From the NCBI GenBank assembly GCA_963676795.2, contig CAXXTB010000002.1, positions 1,056,001 through 1,120,000 on the forward strand: DNA of 64,000 nt, written 5' to 3'. This document shows positions 18,252 to 31,317 of this stretch, one piece after another. The stretch is from Geopsychrobacteraceae bacterium. GTDB lineage: Bacteria > Desulfobacterota > Desulfuromonadia > Desulfuromonadales > Geopsychrobacteraceae. Positions within the stretch are counted from its first letter, which is position 1. Every line of letters starts with the position of its first letter. A model generated the notes under the pieces. It did no database searches. It was not told the DNA's origin and saw nothing but the letters and a program-made list of their open reading frames with translations. A program made the translations under genes and the position numbers.

Positions 18252-18845
18252 ATGCGTAAAATCGTGCTTGCCTCAACCAGTCCGTACCGCAAGCAGCTCC
18301 TCGCCCAGTTGCAGCTGCCGTTTGTGACCGCAGCTCCTGACTATGAAGAGCATATTGACCAGAATGTGGCTCCTGAGCTGCTGGTTCGTCACCTGGCTTT
18401 GGGGAAGGCCCAGAGTCTGTCGGAACGTTATCCTGATGCCTTGATTATCGGCTCAGACCAGGTTTTTGTTGATTACCGCGGCCGGACTCTCGGCAAGCCG
18501 GGCAATCATGATGTCGCTTTTGAACAGCTCCGGCAGATGGCGGGACGCAGTCACTGTTTTTACACCGGAATTGTCGTTGTTGACAGTGCCAATGGCTCAG
18601 TACATGCGGATCATGAGATCTTTACCGTAACTTTGCGACAGTTGTCTGATGAGCAGATCGAGAATTACCTGGTGCGCGAGAGGCCCTATGATTGCGCAGG
18701 CGCTTTCAAGATCGAAGGCCTTGGCATTGCCCTGATGGAAAAGCTGGCCGGTGATGATTTCAATGCTTTGATCGGACTGCCTTTGATAAAACTGGTCGGG
18801 TTGCTTCAGGAGAGCGGGGTCGATCCGCTTGTTGGTATAGTGTGA
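18252..18845 (+). CDS. Maf-family nucleotide pyrophosphatase (YceF-like)
   Basis: IVLASTSPYRKQLL, LIIGSDQV, LGKPG, PYDCAGAFKIEGLG, LIGLPL. Confidence 0.92.
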   Translation: MRKIVLASTSPYRKQLLAQLQLPFVTAAPDYEEHIDQNVAPELLVRHLALGKAQSLSERYPDALIIGSDQVFVDYRGRTLGKPGNHDVAFEQLRQMAGRSHCFYTGIVVVDSANGSVHADHEIFTVTLRQLSDEQIENYLVRERPYDCAGAFKIEGLGIALMEKLAGDDFNALIGLPLIKLVGLLQESGVDPLVGIV

Positions 18846-18902
18846 GATTGTGTTAATGGTGGTTGATTTTTGGGACGGATTGTACTAACTTCGTAAAAAA
18901 TA

Positions 18903-18992
18903 TATCTGAAGAAAAGGCAAAACCAGAGAAATCTGGTGACGCAAAACCACGGGTCCTCGATCTCAGGATAGCCGGGTTGCCGAAGAAGATAG
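18903..18992 (+). ncRNA. c-di-GMP-I (GEMM) riboswitch aptamer
   Basis: GGCAAAACCAGA-GAAA-TCTGGTGACGCAAAACCACGGGTCCT...AGGATAGCCGGGTTGCCGAA matches GEMM P2 (GAAA loop), GACGCAAA junction and P3. Confidence 0.88.
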
Positions 18993-19031
18993 TTGCAATC
19001 ACTACAGACTTATTTATCCCTGACTGTTTTG

Positions 19032-19067
19032 AAAACGCTCACTTCGGCTCCGAAGTGGGCGTTTTTT
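19032..19067 (+). terminator. Riboswitch expression-platform terminator
   Basis: AAAACGCTCACTTCGG / CCGAAGTGGGCGTTTT stem plus T-tract, between the aptamer and the adhesin ATG. Confidence 0.85.
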
Positions 19068-19174
19068 GGTTATTTTTCTCCGGATAGCAAAACGGAATCC
19101 GTTTTCTGTTACAATTGACGGGTAACGGTTTTCAGGAATATCGCTCGCGAAAGTAAGCGTGAACGGGGGCAAAA

Positions 19175-22100
19175 ATGAAAAAGTTACATGCGATTTACGG
19201 TCTTATCTTCCTGTTGTTCCTTCTGTCGCTGTCCGTGGAGTCCTGGGCAAAGACAGTCACCCTGTCCTGGGACGCCAGTCCGAGTAGTGTCACGGGATAT
19301 CGGATCTATTATGTGGCGGGTTCATCTTCTGATCTGGCCGCTGCCGCATCACCGACAGTTGTGGATGTCGGCAATGTGTTGACGTATACCTTGACCAGTC
19401 TTGACGATGCTGCCGAACACTCATTTGCGGTTACCGCCTACGATGGTTCCGGAAATGAAAGTGTCTATTCCAATGTCGTTACCAGCGCGGTTGTTTCCAC
19501 TTCAGAGGTCGACTCAATAACCAGCTCAGATGGGGAAACGAAAACGGTCACCCTTTCGTGGGACGCCAGTCCGAGCAGCGTTACCGGATACAGGATCTAC
19601 TATGTGACTGGGTCTGCGGCGGATCTTTCTGCAGCAGCAAATCCAAGTAGTGTGGATGTTGGCAACGTTCTGACTTATACCTTCTCCGGACTTGATGGTA
19701 CGGTCGATCACTCCTTCGCTGTTACCGCGTATGATAGTTCCGGCAACGAAAGTATTTATTCGAATGTGGTTACCAGTTCTTCCGTTTCATCTGAAACTAC
19801 AAATTCAGCACCCGTTCTGGCAAGTATCGGCAATAAATCCACCGCAGAAGGCTTGACCCTGAGTTTTTCACTCAGTGCTTCTGACGCCGATGGTGACAGT
19901 TTGACGTACAGTGTGAGCGGGTTGCCGACGGGGGCCTCTTTTTCATCGCAGACCGGGTCTTTCAGTTGGGTTCCAAGTTACATTCAGTCAGGAACATACA
20001 ATCTGACCTTCAGTGTTTCAGACGGTAACGCTACGGATTCTGAGACTATTGTCGTTTCAGTCAACAATATCAATCGCAGCCCTGTCCTGACGACGATTGG
20101 CAGCCGCAGTGTGGCAGAGGGAAGTGCACTATCTATTTCACTCAGTGCCAGTGACGCTGATGGTGACGACCTGATCTTTGGCGCGTCCGGGCTGCCGACC
20201 GGTGCGGTTTTTACAACTTCAAACGGAACCTTCAGTTGGACACCCGCGACAACTCAGGCCGGTAGTTATCCGGTTGTCTTCAGTGTTACGGACGGTAGTG
20301 CCAGTGACAGCGAGACTGTGACGATCACTGTATCCAATACCAATCAGGCGCCGGTTCTGAATAGCGTAGGCAACAAGACTGTGAATGAAGGTTCGGCTCT
20401 GTCTTTCACGATCAGCGGAACCGATGCGGATAATGATGCATTGACCTACTCGGCGACCGGCTTGCCGGATGGGGCGACCTTCAATCCGACGACCCGTCAG
20501 TTTAGTTGGCCGACCAGTTTTGATAATTCATCGGTTGCCAGAACCGCTACCGCGACCTTCTCCGTCACTGACGGACTGGCCACAGATTCAGAGACAATAA
20601 CAATTACCGTTGCCAACGTGAACAGGGCTCCGGTGATCAGTACGATAGGCGCCCAGACCCTCACCGAAGGGGACGACTTTACCCTGGTTGTCGAAGCATC
20701 GGACCCTGATGGCAACAGCCTGGCCTATTCAGCGTCAAACCTTCCGCAGGATTCGGTGTTCGTTGCTCTGACCCGTTCGTTCAGTTGGATTCCGGGCAAT
20801 GATCAGGCCGGGACCTATCAGGTGACCTTCAGTGTCAGTGACGGGTCCCTGACCGCCTCGCAAACCGTCAGTCTGACTGTCAATAATGGCAATGAGGCAC
20901 CAGTATTAGCACCAATTGGAGCGCAGAGCGTTGCCGAGAACAGTCTCTTGAGCCTGACCCTGTCCGCTTCTGATGAAAACAGTGACAGTCTGACCTACTC
21001 GGCAGCCGGGCTGCCTGAAGGTGCAACATTCGACTCTGCCGCCGGGCAGTTCCGCTGGACCCCGAACTTCAGTCAGGCTGGCAGTTTCTCCGTAGATTTC
21101 AGTGTCAGCGACGGCACTCTGGGCGATTCTGAAACTGTCCAGATTGTTGTCACCAATACCAATCAGGCACCGACGATCAGCGGTTCCCCCGGAACCTCTG
21201 TCATGGCGACGACAAGCTATTCTTTTGCGCCGTCAGTCAGTGATCCGGATGGAGACAGCCTCAGTTTCACCATCAGTAACAAGCCGAGCTGGGCGACCTT
21301 CGACGCTGAGACTGGTACTTTGAGCGGAACCCCGGGTGAAAGTCATATCGGGACAACCTCCAACATCCAGATCAGTGTCAGCGACGGAGCCCAGGCTGTT
21401 TCATTGCCGGCTTTCTCTCTGGACGTTGTCGCCTTTGTTTATACCGATACTGACGGCGACGGTATTACTGACGACCAGGATGCCTTCCCGAACGATGCCA
21501 GCGAGTGGCTCGATACGGACGGTGATCAGATCGGCAACAATACCGATGATGATGACGATAACGACGGGATCGCAGACAGTCGGGACGGCGCGCCGCTTGA
21601 TGCCGCATCTGCCGGCTGGATCATCACTGCGACAGCGGAAGCCGGCGGCTATATCAGCCCAGATGGAGAGAGTTCCGTTCTCTACGGCGGGTCGCAGGCC
21701 TATGCCATCACTCCGATGGCCGGTCACTATATCAGCGACGTTCTGATCGACGGCAGTTCTGTCGGGCTGATCGCTTCATATGTCTTCGAGGATGTATCTC
21801 AACATCACAGCATTACGGCCCGGTTCATTGCGATTCCTGAAGGGCTGAGCTGCGATCCGACCGAAGCTGGCCTCATCGGTGTGGCGCGCCTCGATGGTGG
21901 TTCCGACCTGAACAACTATGTCGATGGTAAGCCGAAGCAGGATCTCGATTTCCGCTTTGGCGTCACGCTGAAAGACAGCGTGACCGCTGCCGAGCGTAAG
22001 GTTTACCTGCTGCTCGATGGCTATAAGTACCAGATGACACTTGGCTCCGGGGTGTTGGCCAGCGGTGCAAGCTACAGTTTTACCACTCGCATGGGACCGT

Positions 22101-22747
22101 CGCCAAGTCACAGCTTCTATTTCGTCGCTGAGGATAATTCCGGGAATCAGCTGTGGCGTTACCCGCAGAGCGGCGAACTGACCGGCCCGGCCGTCGAATT
22201 GCTGAATGGCATGAATCTGGTCGGGGCCGCCATCAATGCCAATCCATATGGTTTGAGTGCGGACGAGGCCTTTGGCCAAAGCCAGGTATATCGCTGGATT
22301 CCTGATCAGGGCCCGAAGGGTACCTACGAACAGATCTTCAAGGGGGCGCCTGTCACCTCCGGTGAAGGCTATGTCATCAAAAAGGCATTAAATGAAACCT
22401 TGCCGGATACGCTGAACTACGGACAGATTTCCGATACTGAGTATCTGATCCCGGTCAAGGCGGGCTGGAATCTGATCAGTAACCCGTACGGCGGTAATGT
22501 CAATCTTGGCGACATCTGGGTTCAGCCTGAAGGCGGGACAGCGGTCCCCTGGTTGAGTGCTGTGGATGATAACCTCGTGGTCGATGTCATCTACTCCTAT
22601 CTGGGAGCTGACTGGGGGGGGGCAAACGAATTCTCCAGTGCCGGTGGTGCGCAACCAGCGGTTATGGTCCCCTGGATTGGTTACTGGGTCTATGCGAATA
22701 CGACCGAACAGCCGTTGTCGTTGATTCTCAAGAAGCCTTTGCAGTAA
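19175..22747 (+). CDS. Large secreted adhesin-like protein (2x FN3, 6x Ig/cadherin-like repeats, Ca-binding DxDxDG repeats)
   Basis: Signal peptide; duplicated KTVTLSWDASPSSVTGYRIYY...YSNVVTS; repeats N.APVL...SDADGD.LTYS..GLP.GA; DTDGDG/DDDNDG; GWNLISNPY C-terminal region. Confidence 0.88.
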   Translation: MKKLHAIYGLIFLLFLLSLSVESWAKTVTLSWDASPSSVTGYRIYYVAGSSSDLAAAASPTVVDVGNVLTYTLTSLDDAAEHSFAVTAYDGSGNESVYSNVVTSAVVSTSEVDSITSSDGETKTVTLSWDASPSSVTGYRIYYVTGSAADLSAAANPSSVDVGNVLTYTFSGLDGTVDHSFAVTAYDSSGNESIYSNVVTSSSVSSETTNSAPVLASIGNKSTAEGLTLSFSLSASDADGDSLTYSVSGLPTGASFSSQTGSFSWVPSYIQSGTYNLTFSVSDGNATDSETIVVSVNNINRSPVLTTIGSRSVAEGSALSISLSASDADGDDLIFGASGLPTGAVFTTSNGTFSWTPATTQAGSYPVVFSVTDGSASDSETVTITVSNTNQAPVLNSVGNKTVNEGSALSFTISGTDADNDALTYSATGLPDGATFNPTTRQFSWPTSFDNSSVARTATATFSVTDGLATDSETITITVANVNRAPVISTIGAQTLTEGDDFTLVVEASDPDGNSLAYSASNLPQDSVFVALTRSFSWIPGNDQAGTYQVTFSVSDGSLTASQTVSLTVNNGNEAPVLAPIGAQSVAENSLLSLTLSASDENSDSLTYSAAGLPEGATFDSAAGQFRWTPNFSQAGSFSVDFSVSDGTLGDSETVQIVVTNTNQAPTISGSPGTSVMATTSYSFAPSVSDPDGDSLSFTISNKPSWATFDAETGTLSGTPGESHIGTTSNIQISVSDGAQAVSLPAFSLDVVAFVYTDTDGDGITDDQDAFPNDASEWLDTDGDQIGNNTDDDDDNDGIADSRDGAPLDAASAGWIITATAEAGGYISPDGESSVLYGGSQAYAITPMAGHYISDVLIDGSSVGLIASYVFEDVSQHHSITARFIAIPEGLSCDPTEAGLIGVARLDGGSDLNNYVDGKPKQDLDFRFGVTLKDSVTAAERKVYLLLDGYKYQMTLGSGVLASGASYSFTTRMGPSPSHSFYFVAEDNSGNQLWRYPQSGELTGPAVELLNGMNLVGAAINANPYGLSADEAFGQSQVYRWIPDQGPKGTYEQIFKGAPVTSGEGYVIKKALNETLPDTLNYGQISDTEYLIPVKAGWNLISNPYGGNVNLGDIWVQPEGGTAVPWLSAVDDNLVVDVIYSYLGADWGGANEFSSAGGAQPAVMVPWIGYWVYANTTEQPLSLILKKPLQ
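19250..19777 (+). repeat. Tandem internal duplication of the FN3 domain (2 x 237 bp)
   Basis: Units 19250-19486 and 19541-19777; 63 of 79 aa identical by manual alignment. Confidence 0.85.
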
Positions 22748-22757
22748 AGGGGTTCAA

Positions 22758-23996
22758 ATGAAAAGCTCAGATAGAAAAATTAAATACCTTCTGGTTTGTT
22801 CGCTGGTTCTGGCTCTCTCTGCCTGTAGTGGCGGCGGGGGAGGCGGCGGCGATTCTTCAACGGCCTCCAAGACAACCGAGTCCTCGCCTGCTTCGGCGAC
22901 AACTCTGACCGGGACTGTCGCGGACGGCTATCTGCGGGATGCTCAGGTCTTTCTCGATCGTAATTTTAATCGGGTTTACGATAGCGGTGAGCCGATGAGC
23001 TACTCCGCGGCCGGCGGGAGTTACTCGCTCAGTGTGAATGCCGGAGATGGAGACACCTACCCGGTCGTGGCGCGGGCGATTGCGGGCCAGACTGTCGATG
23101 AGGATCTTGGCGTGACGGTCTCTGACGACTATGTTCTAGAGGCCCCTGAGGGGCGCTGGGACTTTATTTCTCCGCTGACCACGCTGGTTAAGCTGGAGAT
23201 GGACAAGAATCCCTCATTCACGGTTCAGCAGGCAGAGAATCGTATCCGCACCCAGCTGGGTGTCGACGATACGATCTCCCTGTTTGATGACTACCTGACC
23301 GGCGGAGTTGTAGAACCTGCTTCGGCACAGGAGTTTGTGAGAACCCACCAGGTTGCCCGGGTCGTCGCCGCGTTGATGGGCAGCATCCGTTCCGATGTGA
23401 CCCAGAATCTCGGTGGGTTGATCAACGACTCCGATCAGCCGCTGGTCTCCTATCTGATCAGTGACCAGGTTATGGCCCAGGCTGCAACCATCCAGGCTGC
23501 GGTCAATAACGAGCGAAATGGCGGAGACAGTGTCGACGTCGATAGCCTGATGGCCAGCCTAGAGGACGCTATAGATACGACAGATCTGAACGCAGATCTG
23601 CTGGCTCGCTATGAAGAACGCCAGGAGCAGAATCTTGATGAATGGGATATGCATGCGCCCGCGCTTATCAGTCAAGAACCGCCTGCCGACGATACGGCCT
23701 CAATCGACGTGGTTATCGAAGCCGGTTTCGACGAGGCGCTCGATCAGGCTTCGCTTACTTCTGGCGCAATGAGCCTGGTAGGACCTTCGGGGGGCGTTGC
23801 CGGCACCCTTGAGTATGATGCGGAACAGAAGATCCTGTCCTTCACTCCGGACGCCTACCTGTTGCCAGATTCGACTTACCAGGTCATTCTGTCTGCATCG
23901 ATCAGCGATGAACTGGGAAATACCCTTGGTGATGATGTGAGCTGGACTTTTACCACGATCTTTGACCAGTTGCCGCCGGATCTTCCCGACTTCTGA
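22758..23996 (+). CDS. Lipoprotein with a C-terminal Ig-like (Big_5/SbsA-like) domain
   Basis: Lipobox LALSAC, Gly/Ser linker, GTVADGYLRDAQVFLD, ISPLTTLV, F.E.LD...LSFTP...L.P..TY.V...ISDELGN.L...VSWTFTT. Confidence 0.82.
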   Translation: MKSSDRKIKYLLVCSLVLALSACSGGGGGGGDSSTASKTTESSPASATTLTGTVADGYLRDAQVFLDRNFNRVYDSGEPMSYSAAGGSYSLSVNAGDGDTYPVVARAIAGQTVDEDLGVTVSDDYVLEAPEGRWDFISPLTTLVKLEMDKNPSFTVQQAENRIRTQLGVDDTISLFDDYLTGGVVEPASAQEFVRTHQVARVVAALMGSIRSDVTQNLGGLINDSDQPLVSYLISDQVMAQAATIQAAVNNERNGGDSVDVDSLMASLEDAIDTTDLNADLLARYEERQEQNLDEWDMHAPALISQEPPADDTASIDVVIEAGFDEALDQASLTSGAMSLVGPSGGVAGTLEYDAEQKILSFTPDAYLLPDSTYQVILSASISDELGNTLGDDVSWTFTTIFDQLPPDLPDF

Positions 23997-24026
23997 CAGG
24001 AATTGCAGATCACTTGAAAAAATTCA

Positions 24027-24053
24027 AAAGGCCGGAAGCAACCTCCGGCCTTT
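24027..24053. terminator. Terminator between convergent genes
   Basis: AAAGGCCGGA...TCCGGCCTTT. Confidence 0.75.
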
Positions 24054-24058
24054 CGTCG

Positions 24059-25369
24059 TCAGTCTTCGCTGTGATCCTTGATCAGCCGCCGTTTGATTCT
24101 GCGCGTGAGATACCAGATGGAGATAACCACAACCGGGATGCAGGCAGCGGTCAGGACATTCTTGCTCAGTCCCCAGTCTTTCAGCGGCAGCCCGTTGAAC
24201 AGGTAGCTGAGCAGGCCGACCGCATAGTAGCTGATCGCCGCAATCGAGAGCCCTTCGACCGTCTCCTGAAGACGGAACTGCAGCTTGCTGCGGCGGTTCA
24301 TGTCTTCCAGATGATAACGGTTGTGTTCCTGGAGTTTCAGATTGGCCCTTGTCCGCATCAGGTCGCTGGCTCTCTCGATCCGTTTGGACAGGTCGTCCAT
24401 CCAGATCTGAACCGCTTCGCAGGTCCTGGCGGCCGGATTCAGCCTGCGGTTGATGAATTCGCTCAGGGACGGGTAGCCGATGACACAGCCTTCCTGCAGT
24501 CCTTCGAGACGGTCCAGCACCAGCTGGTGGTAGGCCTTGGTCGCAGCGAAACGCTGATTTGATTCGGCCCGGTAGCTCTCAAGGCGGGCTTCGACCCTGG
24601 TGATCTTTTCGAGCAGCTCTTTTTCGCTGTTGGTGTCGTCCAGGTTGGTGATAACGGTCAGTATTTCAGCCAGCTGTTTGTCCATGATCAGCAGCTGGGG
24701 GGCAATCTTTTTGGCGATCGGCAACGACATCAGGGTCAGCAGGCGATAGGTCTCCAGGTCGATCAGGCGCCTGACCAGCTGTCCGGCCTGTGCTTTGTTC
24801 AGGCTGTTGTTGTGAACGACAAAGCGGGAAAAACCGTCACCGTGAAGTTTGAATGAGGTGAAGATCTGTGATCCGTCCCCAAAACCGAGGCTGCTGATGA
24901 TCGGATGCCCTTCGAAATATCGGGTGAGGACGGGGGGCGAGACGTCAAAATCTTGTTGGCCAACGATCAGGTGAAAGGCCGCTATAACGCTTCCCGGCAG
25001 CTTGCGCATCCAGTCTTCAGGGAGCAGGTCAATCGCCGTATAGTGAAATGGATTGTCCGGGTTGAGTCCCGGTTGCATGATCGTCAGCGAGTAGAACTCG
25101 GCATGGCGTTCCCAGTGAACGACAAATTCTCCGAAGTTTTCATGGAACGCAACCGTATCAGGTTGGGGCGCATTGATCTGATAACGGCGGCAGAGTTCAC
25201 AGAGCCACTGATAGGCTTCAGCCAGATCTGTCGGATCCTCACAGGTCGCTGCCAGGTGAGAGATCTGGTGTGGTGCTGACAGCTCATAAAAGGGGCGTGT
25301 ATGCAGCTCGTTGTAAAGAGCTTCCCGGTATGGATGCAGTTTGTAGACGATTCGATCTTGTCCGGTCAT
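24059..25369 (-). CDS. DUF3422-family membrane protein
   Basis: HPYREALYNELHTRPF, WERHAEF, GQLVRRLIDLETYRLL, FINRRLNPAARTC, QFRLQETVEGLSIAAISYY, two C-terminal TMs. Confidence 0.85.
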   Translation of the reverse strand: MTGQDRIVYKLHPYREALYNELHTRPFYELSAPHQISHLAATCEDPTDLAEAYQWLCELCRRYQINAPQPDTVAFHENFGEFVVHWERHAEFYSLTIMQPGLNPDNPFHYTAIDLLPEDWMRKLPGSVIAAFHLIVGQQDFDVSPPVLTRYFEGHPIISSLGFGDGSQIFTSFKLHGDGFSRFVVHNNSLNKAQAGQLVRRLIDLETYRLLTLMSLPIAKKIAPQLLIMDKQLAEILTVITNLDDTNSEKELLEKITRVEARLESYRAESNQRFAATKAYHQLVLDRLEGLQEGCVIGYPSLSEFINRRLNPAARTCEAVQIWMDDLSKRIERASDLMRTRANLKLQEHNRYHLEDMNRRSKLQFRLQETVEGLSIAAISYYAVGLLSYLFNGLPLKDWGLSKNVLTAACIPVVVISIWYLTRRIKRRLIKDHSED

Positions 25370-25460
25370 TCGCTAGTTCCTTGGGCTTAAATAGGCCCGG
25401 AATCCTGGTACTCTAGAAAACATATCACAAATATCACGATTGCCGCTGAATCAGGTGAAC

Positions 25461-26498
25461 TCAGGAAAAGGTTCTGTTCTCCTGTTCCTGAACGCGGATA
25501 AAGGTGGTCCGTTTGGTCAGTTCTTTCAGCGCGGATGCACCGACATAGGTGCAGGTTGAGCGAACACCGCCGAGAATATCCTTCACCGTATCGGCAACCG
25601 GGCCGCGGTAGGGGACTTCAACGGTTTTTCCTTCGGATGCGCGGTATTCGGCAACGCCGCCCGAATGCTTGTCCATTGCGGTTTCTGAACTCATGCCGTA
25701 GAACAGCTTGTACTGCTGTCCGCCTCTTTCGATCAGTTGACCGCCGCTCTCGTCATGGCCGGCAAACATGCCACCGAGCATGACGAAATCAGCGCCCCCG
25801 CCGAACGCCTTGGAGACGTCTCCGGCACAGACACAGCCGCCGTCGGAGATGATTCTGCCGCCCAGACCGTGAGCGGCATCGGCGCATTCGATAACGGCCG
25901 AGAGCTGCGGATAGCCGACCCCGGTTTTGACCCTTGTGGTACAGACCGAGCCCGGTCCGATCCCGACCTTGACGACGTCAGCTCCGGAGATGATCAGCTC
26001 CTCGACCATTTCGCCGGTGACGACATTGCCGGCGATAATCGTTATATCCGGATACTTTTCCCTGCAGCGCTGGACGAATTCGACGAAGGCTTCGGCGTAG
26101 CCGTTGGCCACGTCAATACAGATAAACTGGATTTTCGGCCAGGCCTGAAGGATTTTAGCGAGCATCTCGAAGTCGCTTTCCGCCGTCCCGGTACTGGCCA
26201 TGATGGAGTTGTAGATGGCGTCGTTCCTGTCCGTGAGAAAAGCTTGCCATTGCTCCAGATTGTAATGTTTGTGGATGGCGGTGAGAAGTTTGTATTCGGC
26301 CAGAACCGAGGCCAGCTCAAAGGTTCCGACGGTATCCATATTGGCTGCGATGATCGGCACCCCGGTCCACTCTTTCCGGCTGTGCAGAAAGGTAAAGGTC
26401 CGCTCCATGGTCACCTGGGCACGGCTTTTAAGGGTTGAGCGCTTAGGACGAATCAGAACATCTTTGAATCCCAGTTTCAGGTCTGCTTCAATACGCAT
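25461..26498 (-). CDS. guaC: GMP reductase (type 1)
   Basis: [60 protein letters not shown]. Confidence 0.96.
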   Translation of the reverse strand: MRIEADLKLGFKDVLIRPKRSTLKSRAQVTMERTFTFLHSRKEWTGVPIIAANMDTVGTFELASVLAEYKLLTAIHKHYNLEQWQAFLTDRNDAIYNSIMASTGTAESDFEMLAKILQAWPKIQFICIDVANGYAEAFVEFVQRCREKYPDITIIAGNVVTGEMVEELIISGADVVKVGIGPGSVCTTRVKTGVGYPQLSAVIECADAAHGLGGRIISDGGCVCAGDVSKAFGGGADFVMLGGMFAGHDESGGQLIERGGQQYKLFYGMSSETAMDKHSGGVAEYRASEGKTVEVPYRGPVADTVKDILGGVRSTCTYVGASALKELTKRTTFIRVQEQENRTFS

Positions 26499-26629
26499 GG
26501 ACAATACCTCAGGGTTAGTGTTGTTTAGCCAACGGATAGTTGAATATAGCATATTTCATTCAGGGAGATTTTTATCCTGTTAGATTTTTATTCGGACTTT
26601 CTAATCCTTCCTGGGGCAGGCAACTCTGG

Positions 26630-26659
26630 TTGACCGGCCGCTTTCGCCGATGGTAGAAT
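26630..26659 (+). promoter_or_regulatory. Putative sigma70 promoter for dnaE
   Basis: TTGACC-N18-TAGAAT with a TGn extension. Confidence 0.5.
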
Positions 26660-26762
26660 CCGCTCCATGATTCTGCAATGAATCCTAAGTCGTCAAAATG
26701 TTCCGGCTGCTCGCCGTGCAGTGCTTTCAGTCAATAAAAACAAATAGTGATTACAGATAATT

Positions 26763-30233
<3,471 letters not shown>

Positions 30234-30352
30234 TTTTCCTGCGCTTGTTTCGGGTTCCCCTTGACGAAGAGAGGGGGAAGGCTTATTTTACGGCCTTATT
30301 TTCTCTTCAACGATAATATCCGCCATCCGCTATGCCGGACGGCAGGGAGCAA

Positions 30353-31312
30353 ATGATGAATCAATATCTCGATTTTGAAAAGCCGATCGCCGATCTGGAA
30401 GCAAAAATCGGTGAACTGCGTGATTACTCGACCGACAGTGTCGATTTCACCAGCGAGATCGCCAAGCTCGAGAAAAAAGCCGATAAACTGAAAAAAGAGA
30501 TCTATACCGGTTTGACCAGATGGCAGAGAACCCAGCTGGCAAGGCATATCAACCGTCCCTATACCCTGGACTATGTCGACCGAATCTTCACCAACTGGTT
30601 TGAGATTCACGGCGATCGGAACTTTCGCGACGATCCTGCCCTGGTCTGCGGTTTTGCCCGCATCGATGGCAAGCCCTGTTGTGTCATCGGCCACCAGAAA
30701 GGGCGCAATACCAAGGAGAAGGTTTACCGCAATTTCGGCATGCCGAATCCGGAAGGCTATCGTAAGGCGCTGCGCACCATGCAGATGGCGGAACAGTTCA
30801 ATCTGCCGATCTTTACCTTTGTCGATACCCCGGGCGCCTTTCCCGGTATTGGTGCCGAAGAGCGCGGCCAGGCCGAAGCGATCGCCCGTAATTTAAGGGA
30901 AATGGCCATGCTGCGTGTTCCTGTCGTGACGACAATCACCGGCGAGGGTGGCTCGGGCGGGGCTCTGGCCATTGCTGTCGGCAACCGGGTGATGATGATG
31001 GAAAACTCTGTCTACTCGGTTATCTCCCCGGAAGGCTGTGCTGCCATCCTGTGGAAAGACGGCAGTAAGTCGGATCAGGCTGCCGATGCCCTGAAGCTGA
31101 CGGCTCATGATGTCATGAGTCTCAAGACGGTCATCGATGAAGTTGTTCCCGAGCCGCTCGGGGGCGCGAACCAGAATCATGACGAAGCCGCCGCTATCCT
31201 GAAAACCTACCTGCTGAAACATCTGGCAGAGCTTGAGGAATACTCTCCCGAGGGGCTGATCGAACAACGCTATCAGCGTTTCCGTGCCATGACCGAAGTG
31301 CAGGAACTGTAG
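30353..31312 (+). CDS. accA: Acetyl-CoA carboxylase carboxyltransferase alpha subunit
   Basis: [62 protein letters not shown]. Confidence 0.97.
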   Translation: MMNQYLDFEKPIADLEAKIGELRDYSTDSVDFTSEIAKLEKKADKLKKEIYTGLTRWQRTQLARHINRPYTLDYVDRIFTNWFEIHGDRNFRDDPALVCGFARIDGKPCCVIGHQKGRNTKEKVYRNFGMPNPEGYRKALRTMQMAEQFNLPIFTFVDTPGAFPGIGAEERGQAEAIARNLREMAMLRVPVVTTITGEGGSGGALAIAVGNRVMMMENSVYSVISPEGCAAILWKDGSKSDQAADALKLTAHDVMSLKTVIDEVVPEPLGGANQNHDEAAAILKTYLLKHLAELEEYSPEGLIEQRYQRFRAMTEVQEL

Positions 31313-31317
31313 CGGAA

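Noticed and set aside
18903..18992. 3',3'-cGAMP (GEMM-Ib) riboswitch
   Set aside because: The discriminating position appears to be G, not A, which favours c-di-GMP
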